A DNA stretch of 64,000 nucleotides from Raillietiella orientalis. Its lineage: Eukaryota. The position numbers were made by a program, and so were the translations under genes. This document shows, in pieces, positions 13,036 through 26,520 of the stretch. Below the pieces are notes generated by a model that had not been told where the DNA came from, searched no databases, and saw only the letters and a program-made list of their open reading frames with translations. The stretch spans positions 558,001 to 622,000 of the forward strand of contig JAYWIR010000021.1 of NCBI GenBank assembly GCA_036172245.1, written 5' to 3'. Each line of letters starts with the position of its first letter. Position 1 is the stretch's first letter.

Positions 13036-14569
13036 ATCTGCCTAGCTATAGGGGCGAACCGGAGCTCGTGAAGTTCTCCGCTCCGAGCGCTTACGACATC
13101 CCCTCCCACTCAAATCAGCAAACTTTCAGTTGGGCAGGCCAGCAATTTCTTTTCGGAAATTCCTCCGAAATGACTCGCTCGGCGGAAAAGTCTCCGCTTC
13201 CGTTTTTCTTTCCTTGCTCTCTTTCGGAGGATGAAGCAGATGTTTGGCACTCATAACTGAGTTGTGTCATGATGTCATGATGCGCAACAGACGGTTGTGC
13301 GTGCTTATCCGGTGGGATTTTTGGTCACACTTCCGGCTGGACCTTCCAGGCAGAAAGAGCAGCGTAGGACATGTTGAAGCGACGACGCATGCATCGTTCC
13401 TGGAGAGAAAGAACGACTTCCGCCGGGAGTGCAGGCGCGAATTGCGCGAGCGACCAGGGGCAGCCCCAGCGTCCGCCATCGTGCCGCCCTGCGGTGAATC
13501 CAAGGCTCCAATGAGAGGACAACATCCTGCAACCATGCCCACTCATCTACGGAAGTGCTTGCAGCAGGCTCGAGCGTCAGGAGCTAAGGAAAAGGAAATG
13601 AAACTCCCCTCTTCTTCGGTCAGAGATCATTTTCGTCCTCCCGTTTCTGATGTGGCCGGCTTTCGGACGAACGCGGTCGTCACGAGGCAGGACCGCAAGC
13701 TGCAAACACGCCGGCGCACTTCTTATCCTTACGAATGGCTCGTCCGTGATCGGAATTTCCTCCGCATCCTTCGTCCGTAGTGTGTTGACTTCGGCATCCT
13801 CGCTTTCCCTCTAGAGTCTCGGAAACCTCACCAGCTAACCCTCCTACCGCAGGTGACATCCAATACCAGGGTAGTGGTTAAGGTGATGGGGATGATGGAT
13901 AGCAACGACAAATAATCCTACGCTTTCTGAAGATTCGTGCTGTCATCATCACTGCGTGGTTTCCGTGCCATTCCACATCTCTGTCGTCAATCCCAGTTAA
14001 CATCTTGTGTGTTTGTGCGTGTGCGCTGGCTGCTGCACATCCGAGAATGAATCTTCCCGGGATGCTACGACCTTACTCGAAATCAGCCCATGTGACTGTC
14101 GAGCTTTCCCGATCGGGCCATCCTTGCAGATCAAATGAATTCCCAGTGTGCAGGTGTTAACGGAATGTTTCTTTTGTTTCCACTTTGAAGCCGCCGAAAT
14201 GCCGCATAGGAAGAGGAGGCGCTCGTGTCGGGCAGCAACCAGGAAAATCATGCTGACGGCGGTGATGGAGGAAACTGCAGAGAAGACCTTGCTTGTTTGA
14301 TCTCTGCAACCGGGCGCTCTCATGTCCTCACCTCGCCTGCATAAACACTGATTGTCCCCTCCTCCTCCCTCGGCGCGGTTTGCCTTTGCCCGTTTCTTGG
14401 GCCAGCGGTTTTGCGTGCGGCAGCGACCAAAGGCGAGACGCTTCCTTAGGGAGGTGCGGCGGGATTCCTCCTCGGTGATTCCGCGGCAGCTCACAGGATG
14501 GATGACCCGGAGACCGCGAAGTAGACCCGGTGCGGTCGAAGCAGTGCGCTGGCTGCAAAGTCTTTACGG

Positions 14570-14900
14570 GGTACTGGGACTTCGCGCCCCCCTCGATTGG
14601 AGAGCTGCCACTTGGAACTGCAATTGTTCGGAGCTGCCATGATCATCACACTTGCCCCCTCCCCCCTCCCCCGAACCTGAGCCGAGAGCTCCTGGATGCA
14701 AGGCGCTCGATGCGGAAGGGAAGTTCGGGAAGACGGTGGATTCAAGACGCTCTGGAACAACTGTTGCACCATCCGACTCGTTTGCTTCAATAGTGGAAGG
14801 TTAGGAGATCCCAGGGAAGAATTTGAGTGGGGCATCGCAACTTGCTTCGCGCTGGGTCATCGAATCATTTGTTGCCCGCGGAATCATTGAGAAATGCACA
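14570..14900 (-). mobile_element. Possible highly degenerate Tc1 transposase C-terminal relic
   Basis: Minus-strand GSPNLPLLKQTSRMVQQ ... SNRGG resembles Tc1 SPDLSPIEHVW.MV ... A.GG; very diverged. Confidence 0.25.
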
Positions 14901-16222
14901 AAGATGCCCTCTGCAAGAAGGGCTCAGTTCGGCGCTAAAAAAGAACCGGCGTCGATCCGCACGGGAGCACGCGTAGGGACAAGGCAAGGCTGCGCGCCCT
15001 CTGACATGCGACCTCGCCGGAACACGGGGACCTCACGTGTCTGTAACCCTCCACGCTCGCTCGGTATTTTGTCCTCCGACAGTTTTCGCTTTCTCTTTGG
15101 TTTGAGGCGGAAAGCTGCTCTTTCGAAGGAGCGTTTCTATGCTTCGCTCCGCCGTTGCTTGAAGCCTTCTGACCTTCCGTGGCACCAGGCTGGAGACCTG
15201 TTGCATCCATTAGGAGGTGTGTGGATATTATTTTCCACGCGCGTGATTCGCTGCGGAATCAGTGGAGAGTCACTCAGACGGGCGGGAATCTGGCGCAGAT
15301 GGGCGACCAACGCACACCTCCAGGGCGACGGATTCTCAGCATCGCAGTGTCACCTGACTTCGGGAAATGATGGCGGTAATGATGGGGAGACGGAGAGGGA
15401 AGCTCCTCGCCCACCTCCGAGGATGCTCGCGCACCTCCACGCTTTCTGCCTCCACTTGTGCCCAAAGAGAAGAGGGAAAGCAGGAGTGCTTTGGAGATCT
15501 TGGAGGAAGACGGGAAGCGCGCGAAGCTGGGAAGCGACTGCGTCCACCAGCACGCAGGAGGCTGCCCAGCCGCCCTCGCTGCTGACGGGCGAAGGTACCG
15601 ATGGTTTCCGATTCATGAGGTTGTCCCCCTTCCCCCCCCGTCTTCCACGTAGCCCCAAGTTTGCATCCCGGTCAGGTTTCGAAGCTCCCGGCAGTCGGCG
15701 CGAAAGGGCCGCGGAAGAGCGAGCGAGGCCGGGTTCGATAGCCTTCTATTCCCCACCCCTCCTCCGGTCCTTTTCCGGCGCGCTGCACTTCTGATCCGAG
15801 GAGGAGACGACGAGCATTTGAAACGAGCAGTTCGCACGCTCGGGTCTCCAGCATGATCCGATTATCCCTGCTCGAGTTTGCTTGCAGAGAGAGTGGCGCC
15901 AGTGTCGGAGAGGAGGAAGAGTCGGTTCCTCGGAGCTCTTTCCCCTTCACTCGTCAAGAAATCTGATCTCCGGCGTATCCTGAGTCTTTTCTTACGCTTC
16001 CTTCGGAGCGATACTCTCCCTGCGCTCGCGCGCCGTCCGGATCTGAAGCACAGTTTCCGTCCGGAGGATTCTTTCAGAGTCCACCTTTTGGATTTTAGCC
16101 GTTCCGAATTACCCACATTTATCAGCTCCATCTACAGATCGGGGGCAATACTCCCCCCCCTTCTATTCTATCTAGAAAAAAAAAAAAATAGAATAATCAC
16201 ATTCAGCATAATTCCATATTAG

Positions 16223-16369
16223 GAGTGCCGTTCTGGTGTCTCTTGGACATCGTTCCGATCAAGAATGAGAAAGGAGAAGTCGTCATGTTCCTTTCTTCGC
16301 ACAAAGACATCACCAGCAGCAAGATCATCGAAAGGCCGATGCCGCTGCTCTTCGCTGAGACCAATGAAG
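16223..16369 (+). CDS. Elk: Elk exon (probable exon 3), PAC motif
   Basis: ttag|GA GTG...GAA G|gtatgg; encodes [30 protein letters not shown]...; 147 nt, phase 1 to 1. Confidence 0.93.
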
Positions 16370-18399
16370 GTATGGGCATCGCCCCCCTCCCCCCTTTGTC
16401 TGACCTCCCGGGATCCGCAGCGAACCACGCACCCCCCTCCCTCTGCAGCGAACTTCCGCGTGTGACATCTCGGTCTCTTTCGCCCAGACACTTCGCATTG
16501 GCTAACGTGCCACGGCGTGCCCCATCCCGCTGTGCCCCACGGGACGCGGCTTTCATTGCCGGAGGGTTTGGTTTCGCGGGAAGCAGGAGAACGCGGCCCG
16601 GATGCCCCTCTCCTTCCTCACCTTGGATGGGGTCCGCCTCCGAAAGTGCGCCCTCGCTTCGCCCTGGTCCCGCAGACCTTTCGCTGCGAGTCGTGGACGT
16701 AGGGAAGAGCCGGCCCCTCCACAGTCTGCTCGTTCCTTCGACCTTCAGCACGGGAATTCGTTCTTGTTTGCCCCTGGGTAACTGTGTAGCAGTTCCAACT
16801 CGGTACCAGGGTGAGGCGCCCAGCTCGGTCATCCAAGCAGGAGGGGAAGATGAAGGAAAAATCTGGACAGTTTTCCTTTGCATCCATGCGCTCAGGGGTG
16901 CTGGATCATTCACCGCAGGAAGAATCAACCGGAATATGTTTCTCATGGAAGCGGGAGCGCTCGGATGAGAATGCGAACGGATATGCTGCCGAAAATGCGG
17001 TGCATTTTTTCGTGTGGCATCGCTGCTTGCAGCGCGCCTCCGCCGTCCCGCGTGTTTCGCGCACGCGCGCGTTTCCTCAATGCCCTTCGGGTCGCACAAG
17101 CGCCAGCAATCCTGGAACGGCAGCCCAAACTTTCACCCTTGTCGGCAACTCTCTGGAAGGCGGTGGGGTCCGAAACAGTTCCTCTCGGACGACCCAGGAA
17201 CTCCGGAATCAACTCGATCGATGGCAGCGACGACTTCCTCTGCTCCCCAGCCGCATCCCAGCGTCGGATCTTCGGCGGACGTCAGGGGAACCGAGTCGGG
17301 GAGGAAACGCGTCGGCAAAGCAGCAATCCAGAGCTCGTTCTCGAGAGCATCGGTCTCCCGTTGGCAGGGGATCCATTTACAGCAGTGACGTCAGTGCGAG
17401 CGGCAGCCGGTGAAGACGTCTGAAGACGCATTTCAGAGATTCGTGCAACCAGAACGGGCGCCCCTGAACGGCTCGCCACTCGAACCGCGTGTGCCGAGCT
17501 ATTGGATGTGCCTGGACTGGTGTTTTAACTCGGGAAGAGAGGAGGGATCAGAGTGGCGCTGGAGGAAGCCAGGTGAAGTCCTAGACGGAGCAGCGGCATC
17601 TGGCACTTGGCGCGCGGAGGGGAGTTCCACGTCTGGAGCTGCGAGGGGACGAAGGCGGCCCAGACGGGGATCGATGGATAGAGGTCGGCTCTCCTTCTGG
17701 CAATCCCTCCCTCATCTTCGCCGGCATCCCGGAATTCAGCGCAGGGAACCGCGGAAGTTCGAGGCGGATGGGCCGGTCGAAAACAGAAGGTTGTCACCGC
17801 CCGAATGGCCGCTTCCCTTCCGGGACTCTGGGATCGAGCCAGGCGGCTGCGCCGTGAATGCTCCCTGACGTCTGGGAGCGAAACCTTGTGGCTCGGTCCG
17901 CCCCACGAAGAACAACCTCTACTGCAAGCAGGTCGCGATTTGCTGCAGCTGGGCCTCCTGGTTGAGGTCCGGCGTGGCCAAGAAATCTCCAAAGGCGCGC
18001 GGAAGGTAAGATGAGAATGCGACACACACGGGTCTCGCCTCCGGCGTTGTCTGGTCAGCCTGCTCCAGCTCGGCTGCTGCTGGCTTAGTGAAGGCGCTCA
18101 AAGCTGCGTCGGATCTCCGAGGCTGCACCCTCCTCCTTCCGAGAGACACCCAGGGACCCATTCGAAGGAACGCGAAAATTTAGGACGGGATGGCGTCAGG
18201 GAAGTACCGAAGAGGATGGAAGTAGAAGGCTAAGACCTGGGTTCCTGTCCTTCCAGATTCGATCTCGCCCCAAGCCCTCAGCGTACTTTGAGGGCACGAG
18301 CCAAGTGGGCCCTCAGAGTACTTCCCCCACGTGAGAGTTTCAGCGCCAGAGAAATGGGGTGTGCGTCGTGGGTTTGTGTCCCCCCTGCAGGATGACGCT

Positions 18400-19700
18400 G
18401 ATCGGGATCGGCCTGCTGACTTCGAGAGCGGCACTGGTGGAAGCTGGGAACTCTCGGCTACCGCCGTTGACTGGCCGAGATCGGGAATTGTTCCTTCAGG
18501 GTCCTTCCAGGCATTAAGGACGCTTAAGGGTTTTCCTCCGGTTGTGATAATGGAGCCTCCCTCTCAGAGGGGAGGGGGGGAGGAACCCTCCATCGCACAC
18601 CAGGGAGCTGATGGATTGATGACACCTCTCCAGTGTGCAAGAAGCATGCTACTCCCTTCGGAGAGCACCCTCCAGAGAAATCGAGAAGCGTCCCTTCGGG
18701 GTTCGTCTTCAGAGAAGAAGCAAACGAGGATCAGATCCTTTCCAGGGGTCCCTCCGAGGAACATTCGGGGAGAGACATCTAACAGGGTGTCCTCCGTGGA
18801 AAATAAGGGAGAAGAGGTTCCTTCCAGGGTTCCCCTACCAAGCGTGAGAGGAAAGGACTCCTTTCTCCGGAGTCTTCCTGGATTCAAAAGGTGATCCCCT
18901 CCCGGGATACCCTTTTTGTCTCGAAGAGTGGCACGCACTCTCGGGTGGCGTGGACAGGGTTGAGGAGCTCCGTGGACCCCCATGAGGGGGAGGAGATCGG
19001 CGCTCTTGGCGGACCAAAGTACGCTCCGCCCAAGCTCTCAGGACCAAGTACGCTCCCTGCGAGAGTGGCTCGCAAGAAGTGTTCCTCTAGCCGACCTCTT
19101 GCTTCGGTCCTCCCCCCTGCAGAGAAGGCCTCTCCCTGGGCTTCGCGAGCGAGAGGCCGGCGAAAGACCGCCCTCGACGAATCGGGAGGGAAGGAAACTG
19201 GGCTCGGACACGTCCTCTGGAGTTGGGCCGACGGAAGAGGAGGCCACTCCGATTACGCAGCGTTGCGTCGTTCGCCTCGAGGGACCGGCAGCCCTTCGCA
19301 TGCGGCCACGCTCTTCGGACCTCCGCCCTTCGTCGTCCTTCGACGTAGAGACCCCAGAGCTCCTTCCGTGCCGACTTCCACCATCAAACTGACCGTCGCA
19401 GGAGAGAAGGTCGCGCTCTCCGTGGGGATGTTTCAGGCTGACATCGCAATTCCTCAGACGCCTGGCCCTGCCTTCTACGGATGTGCCCACAAAGGTCCCG
19501 AACGGGTCGCAGACGCCTCCCCGAGCAAGCCTGTGGGCGATCCGGCACGGGTCCCGGAAGTCAAAGGCGCGGACGGAGGGCAGGATAGTCGCCACCCTGC
19601 GGGTTGTCCTCCGGGACAGCCAAAGACCTGCTCTTAGGCGAGACTCGCAGACTGCTGCAAGCACACCCTCTTCTGCGGGGTGTCTCTTCGGCGCCCTGAC
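18400..19700 (-). mobile_element. Degenerate Gypsy integrase C-terminus and downstream region
   Basis: Minus-strand fragments in order: ILPSVRAFDFR..H..G..PF, RFVEGGL, GGPKQ, GAYLVL, PVHATR. Nucleotide similarity to 53440-53930. Confidence 0.45.
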
Positions 19701-20062
19701 CGGATATTTCCTCCGGTACCGGGTCGGAGGCGACCCCTCCTGCTGCTGCTGCTGAAAACGCGCAAGGTCATCATCGCCCTGTGCGTCGGACCTGCGCAGA
19801 GTAGACGGGCGAGGCAACTGCGCTCCACCCGGCAGCTCCACCACGGATCCCCACCAAAGGGGCGTCGGCCGTCCCTTCCGGTCCCTCCCCCCTCGCTCGG
19901 GCCGGCACAATGGTGCCCGATAGCCGCAGGCGGCGGCCACGGCCTTCCGTTTGCTCTCCTCGGCGAGTCGCGCGCGACTGCGTGGGTTACCCCTATTCCT
20001 TGCCTCGCCCGCGTGCGTGCCGGCTGGGGTCTGTGCTGACCTTTTGCATCTCCAATCTCCAG

Positions 20063-20184
20063 GCTCGAAACCCAGCGAGTTCCCCGCCATCAACTACGGC
20101 CGCAGGCGGAGCAGAGCAGTCCTGTACCATCTTTCCGGCCACTACAAGCACCCGAACGTGACCTCCAAGCTAAAGCTGAACAAC
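20063..20184 (+). CDS. Elk: Elk exon (probable exon 4), PAS-S1 linker
   Basis: ccag|GC TCG...AAC AAC|gtgagt; encodes NYGRRRSRAVLYHLSGHYKHPNVTSKLKLNN; 122 nt, phase 1 to 0. Confidence 0.9.
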
Positions 20185-21199
20185 GTGAGTTGACCCCTCT
20201 GGTTCCCTTTTTTTGGCTTGCCGCCCGCCGCGCGTGACGGGTAGGATGCTAACGCTGCCGGACGGCACGAACCGCCCTTTCGGGCTGGTTGCTGCGCGAC
20301 CAGATCCGTTTACGGCGCCTCTTCGGCTTCGAGACTGTCGGGGAGCAAGGGGGAAGGGAGGGAGGCGAAAGGTGTTCCCTCTTCCCTCCCTTCCTTCCAC
20401 TCTTCCTCGACAGTCCCGAAGGGTGCCCCTCTCGCTCCTCGTTCGCGTTGTCTGTCGCAGCGCGAGAGAGTTGGTGCGAAATTCCAACGCCAGGGGTGCT
20501 TCCACGATTTGCTGCGCCGTTCCGAGCTCGGGCAGGCTCCCTTTGCCCGCGGCTCTGAACCGGGCAACGAAGGAGTGGGAGGCCGATTGATTTTCCGGGA
20601 AGACTCAGGGACAGCCGAGCCATCGGAATCGATCGGGTGGCGCGCAGCTCGTATGCCACGCGGAACGCCCATCTCCGAAGATGAAGAAAAACTTCAGTGA
20701 GCTCTCGATGGAGTCGGAAGCGATGGACCGGGAACACAGGACGTCCCTGCCCGTGCTCTCCGCCCGCTCTGGGCCGGAGACCGCGGAAAAGTCCCGCTTC
20801 CAACCGCTCCGTATTCACACCGACCGAGCTCCCGGGAACGCTGGCGCGGGACGTGTCGCCTCAGGGCTCACCGCGAGCGCTATCCAGCCTCCTGGGGCTC
20901 ATCCCGCCTCGCATCCCGGGAGCGTGCAGCTCGCTTGCGGACACGTGGAGTTCACCCGGCGTCCTTTTCTCCCACCTCTTCGAAGCATCCGCGAGACTAC
21001 GCCGCTGCCTCCCTTCCTCCCAGAGAGAGAGCAGCGGAGGCGAAGGAGGGAAGGTTGGACTGGCTGGGTGGAAGGCCCTCCGTTGGGTAGCGTCCCAGCA
21101 AGAAGGGCAGCCGACGCTTCGTCCTTGCCCGCAGGCAGCTGCTGAGCCACTGTCAGGTGAAGGCAAGAGGGGACCTGCCAGCTGGTCATCCGGCTGGAA

Positions 21200-22500
21200 G
21201 AGTGCTGACCTTCGTCTGCCTCGGAAAGTGACTTAGGGGCGCGTGTTCAGACCTCCGTCCGTGACGGCTGCCTTGGACTCCGCCATCCCATCCTCTACTC
21301 TTCGCGAGTTCCTCAGGGGATGCCACCGTGAAGCGTCGGTGCTCCTGGGGAGGCTGGGAGGAGAGATCACCGTCTTCCTTTTCTTTCGGGCTCTTTTCCC
21401 GGTGTTTCTGAGGTGCTCTCTCTCGTCTGGCAGCGGCTGCGTGGCCTCTCCTGGAGCGCGGGAGGGAACCCGAGTCGTCTTCTGGGATAAACGGGTTAGC
21501 GACCCCCGGTCGCCGGTCAGGTCGACAGTGTGGTCGTGTCTCCTCGCGAACAGCGATTTGGAACGAACGCGGCGGTGGTGCCTCCGGCTCCTCGAGCGAC
21601 CTCGGCACATGCGGCTCCACGCGCCCCTTGTGGGTACCAGGCTTGTGAGTCCTGGTGATCCCCCGGTGTGAAAGATGTGGCCGGGCGCGCGACACTGTCC
21701 AGAGTGACCTCTCTACAGACCTGAGCACTCCTCAGCAAGAGGAGGCCGCCGTCACCTCTCCGCGTCGGAAGCTCTCGTGCCCTGGAGGCAGGTTCGTGCC
21801 TCGCCTCGCCCATTAAACGTGGACCCTGAAGGCGCGACGTCCGAGTGACACTGGGTGCGCGGAAGTCCTCAGAGGTGGAGGAAAGGAAGGGAGGAAGGAA
21901 GAGAAGAGGAGGAGGAGGAAAAGAAGAGGAATAGGAGAAAGGAATTTTTTTTCCAGCGACCCGTTCTTTCCCTATCTTGGGCGTCTCCTCTCGTGGGTAC
22001 ATCCGTGCTAGCTGGCTGCCTCCAGTGCGGACACGCAGCAGGCCTCCCCATCCGTTATCTGGTTCAAGATCGGACGGGCCTGGAAGAGGAGCTGGGAAGG
22101 TTGGGCTTCCTGCTGGATCCAGGGCAGGGATGTGCCCGGTACTGGATACACGTAACCTCGCTAGAAGCAGGAGAGCCGGTTCAGGAGTGCTGCCCTTGAC
22201 CTACAGGGTCCCTCGGCGAACGGGCTGAGCAGTACCGGATGGAAACTGGTCCGGATGATCTCTCTAGAAGGTCCTGTGAGTGGACGCTGGACTCCGGGAA
22301 AAAACGAGCTGCAGGAAAGAGAAAACCACGAGATCGGCGCCTCTCCCGATCTTGGCAGCAGGCTGCCTTTGTGCTCTCTGAATTTCTGGAGTTGTAGGTT
22401 TAGCGAATCCGGGAAGGTGTATAAGCTCGGAAGCTCAGTATCTGGAGCAGCATTGCAGATGAGGGAGGCCTCCGGCGTTGTCAGCGGTCCGGGAATCACG
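21200..22500 (-). mobile_element. Possible degenerate Tx1/L1-like ORF1 (gag) relic
   Basis: Minus-strand GEARTC / FRxGEV..LAEEC and GQCRAPGHIFHT look like decayed tandem CCHC knuckles (~21665-21810). Confidence 0.3.
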
Positions 22501-22849
22501 GAGTGGAGAGGATGCTGACGTCTCTTCTCTGCTTCCTCTTCGTGTCCTCGGGAGGAGGAGACGGGGCTGTTCCCCCCCTACCCCTCGTGGAGCTCGTTGC
22601 CACGCAGCGGAGGAAAAGCTCTTCCCTTGATGTTTGGTCCTGCTTCGGAGACGAACGGTTTCGCTCCTGGCGTCAGGAGCCACTCCCACCTGCCCGATTC
22701 TCAAGCCCGCCTAGCCCCTACGCGGATGCGGCGATTCCTGAAGCGACCGCGGTGCAGCTTGTGGACGGCCCAATAGCCGCTGCCCAGGACGAGCTTCGCC
22801 TGTGACAGCCGTCGTCTTGGAAACCCCTCGGTCCACGCCTCTTCCAATC

Positions 22850-23950
22850 AGGAAACCCATTCTGCTCGGCCTTTCGGACCTTTGCTACGTTTACTACAGT
22901 TTCCCTGACCCCGGACATCCCGTCGCCATCGTGCGCGGTGCTCCAACGTTGCCAAAGACTCCAGATAGGGAACTCTCGTGGAAGCATCCCGAAGTCCGAG
23001 CTGCCTTCCCGTCTGCGAAGGGAATGCAGAGCAGAGAACACGCGGACTGAGGAGGCCATTGATAAAAGAGGGCGTGGTCGTTTCCTTGTTCTCCGCCAGA
23101 GAAGGCGGGTCCCGAAGAGACCGCTAGGAAGCGTCCTCGGTCGATGTGGGGGGATCCCTCCCGGACCACCTTCTGGATTTCCCTCTGGGTCCCTGAAGAC
23201 TGCCCCTCCCGGGTGCTCGGCTCCGGCACAATGGGGGCATATCGCTCCGAAGCCACTCGTCCCGCGTTCTCAAAAGCTGAGATGAAGCGGCGCAGGGATC
23301 TCGCTGCCGGCGGATGTGGTCCTGTATCAGGGGAGGAGGCCGTGCCGTCGTGAGCGCGCGACCGCGAGATCGAACCCGCTCTTTCCAGCACGATCGAGCT
23401 CCGCGACCTGGCACCCCTGCTTGAGTTCCGCTGCTGCTGCGCGCAGGGGCTCCGAAGAGCACCCCACTTTAAAGAGGGAGTCCAACCTTTCGGGACTCCA
23501 AAGTAGACCGACATCGCGCTGCCTGAGTAAGGAGGCGAGCCGACTCCACCCTCCCTAGCCACAGGTGGCGTCGGCAGCGCAAGGAAGGTAGGGCCTCGCC
23601 ATGCGCCGAATGGGATGCATGTTTCAGGCCCTTTCCTCCCCCCTCTGACATCTTGTCTCCTTCCCCTCAAAAGGGGGCCGCCAGACTCCCAAGTTCCTTC
23701 CTTCTGAGGTCTTCCACGCGATTCCGGCTACTCCGAGCCGCGTTTGCGAGAGCTCCGAGAAATTCGGAGCTCTCGGGCAAGCACGCTGCGGTCTCCGGCG
23801 CCATCTCAGAGGACGCGCTTCTCCAGAGGGACGTTTCCCATCCGGTGCCCGTCCCCCTCGCAGGGCGCGTGGTCCTGCCCAGGACGATCCGCCCGTTTGA
23901 TGTGTGGTCCTGTCCAATGGACCCGAGCGGCCTGTTTCTCTCGTGGTCCA
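22850..23950 (-). mobile_element. Possible degenerate R2/NeSL-type (REL endonuclease) retrotransposon 3' relic
   Basis: Minus-strand LRCRR..GRVES..LL...C (CCHC-like), AFENAGRVASERYAPI (like AF..AR..K..KY) and VFGNVGA, in the expected order. Confidence 0.3.
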
Positions 23951-26444
23951 TCCACAACACCTGGCTTCGTTTCGTGAAATTTTACTCCGCGCCGTCCCTT
24001 ATTGCAGCTCATGGGGAACTTTGAATTCTTCTTCTTCCCGTCATCGAGCCGAGAGGGATCGCTTTCGAGTCCGCGAGCAGCTGCGCTCAAGTGCACGCCG
24101 AGCTGGATATTGGTTTCGTGTTGTATACCACCTGTTGACCATCTCGGTTACATGTGTTCGATCGTTGGCGTCACCGTGAAGCTGTTGGCCGTGTCTGAGT
24201 ATTCGCCACCAGGAATCCAGGCAACGACTTGCTCGCTGTGCCGTTCGTCCTTTGAACATCCGAATGGGAGGAGGATGCACTTCCGTCAGCGCTTGGTATT
24301 CCCTATCCCGCCCGTCTACCGCCTTGTTTGCTCCGTGATTGCAGCTCCGTGCACGATGGTGTTTCTTATGTATGGAAATTCGGTAAACCGAAAGCTTAAA
24401 TAAGTGACCATAGCCCAAGGTCGTTTTCTAGGAGTATCGTTTGTCGCAGAAACAAATTCTAAGGGCATTTTAACGTTGACCAAAGATCTCGTTGGACCTT
24501 TTGGAAGGAACCAAATATCCGCCAGTCCTTGTCCCACGGGTCTTCGGAGTATTGGAACGTTCCAGGTCATCGTGGGTCTCCAACCAAAGTTCCGTAATCT
24601 CCGATTGCTTTTGGCAGAGCCGTTGCGGATTCTCGGATTTTCCCTTGTGGTCTCGGCCTGACACCGCGTGTCATGTGACCGGCCTTCGTCTCCAGTCGCG
24701 TTCGCGTGCATTTCGCTCCTTTTCACCATCGGCCCTGGGGCAAGCCGATGCCTCGTCCCTGCTCCTTGTGAAGCCTGGCGCGCAAGATCATGAATCCTGA
24801 TTTCCCCTCCGAGCTGATTCTGAATTCACGGAATGCGGAGCTCTCAAACGAGGAGGGATGTCTTCATTCCAGGAAGGTTCCAAAATCAGAAGCCAGCTCT
24901 TTCCTTCGGCTGCACCAGCATTCCGTTCGCTCCTGCCCGGGAGGTGGATGCGCTCTCCCCGCTCCTGAGAGCCCTCCTCCGCGGTCTCCGCGAATGTGAA
25001 TTTGAAAAAAAGAAAAGGAAGAAAAAAACGGTCATCCGTCTTCGACGTGAGAATGAGCTTGACCACCTCGTTCAGGAGTAACCCGCCAGCAGTTCACGAG
25101 TCGAAATGATTTTTTTCCATACATCCATGTATGTGTATATATGAGGACATGGGAGTCTTGCGAACTGAGGATGGCGAGGTTTCACCATCAGCGGCTGCGC
25201 CATTCTGGGAGATTTGCGCCGGTGCGCTATGAATTTTCAACGAGGCCTCGGTGTCTCACGTGCCTCCTCCTCCGTGCTCTCCCCGGAAGGTAATCGCGAA
25301 ATCAGACGGAAGTCGTGGTCAGAGTAGAGATCCGTCGCTATTTGAAAACAGCGTTCCCCCCCCCCTTGTCCTCCCTGCAGTTGCTTCCGGGAACGGAAAG
25401 ATTTGCCTGGCAGAATTCGTGGGGCCTCGTGGCCGCGTCCCGGGCGTCCTTCTCGTTTTCTGTCGGGAGAGCCAGCTACTCCCAAAGGGGGGGCCCGTTC
25501 TTGAGACTGAAAAGCGAGTGCAGAGGAGACGTGCCCGTGGGAGTTTAATCGGGCCCGTGAGCTTTCCTGCGCCCACACTGGAGCTGAAAGGATCGGTGGA
25601 TCGGATCCCTCCCGGACCACTTCGAGGCTGGAACACTGGCGTGTTCGTGATGACGCGGCTGACTTCCCCATGGAACGCGGTCCACTGGATCAGTCATTCC
25701 GTTCCGGGAGTGCCGCCCATGGGTGCCGTGAATCAGAGGACGCGCGAAATCAATGGGATAGGGCGCAGCGCAAAATGGCGCTTCTCATGGGTTCGCGCGC
25801 TCTGATCTCTGTGGTACATTCGCTGACGGTCCGCTGTCTCGAACTTGGCAGACCGTCCGGTGCGAGAGGAGTCTGAGGTCTTCAGATGCTTGGAGAAAAT
25901 GCCCCGGAGACAGTTGTCGAACCCGAGTGCGACAGCCTCGGGGTTTTGCAGGTTGCAACCACGAGACGTGCGTTGCGAGCCTCCTTTGCACGTTCAGGGG
26001 TTCTCCGACGCCGTTCCGACGTCTTTCAAGCCTCTTTGCTCTTTTGCGCCGCTGGTAGGGATGGTGGTTCTCTTCGAAAGGCTCACCTTCGTCACTTGCA
26101 GAAATAATTAGTGTGCGCGTTTGTCGTACCTTCGAATTATCCACTCCCGTACGCGTTCCGAAGAGACCTCAAGTCGACTCTGCGGAAGCAGCTCACGATT
26201 AATTTTATTTTCGGAAGCCGATCGTCTAGTGTTATTGAGAAGGGAGAGACATTGGATGGACCTCAAACTGTCGGCGGATGACCCCCTTGTGGCGAGCCTT
26301 CGAGCGACCTCGCTGTGCTCCGGAGCCGACTCATGCAATTTTCAGCCGTGCTAGAGGGTGCAAACGCTCTCCTGACTGGGGCCACGTTTTCCACGTGTGA
26401 AGGAAAGAATGAACCAGGGTCCGACCTTCAAGCCTGATCGTCCA

Positions 26445-26520
26445 GTCGCCTTTTAGCCCGAGGGTCAAAGGGATCCCGTCTGACACTGATTAAAGTTCCC
26501 GGGTTCCAACCCCCCATGCC
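26445..26520 (+). mobile_element. Degenerate tRNA-derived SINE head
   Basis: A-box-like TAGCCCGAGGGTCAAAG and B-box-like GGTTCCAACCCC at tRNA-like spacing. Confidence 0.3.
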
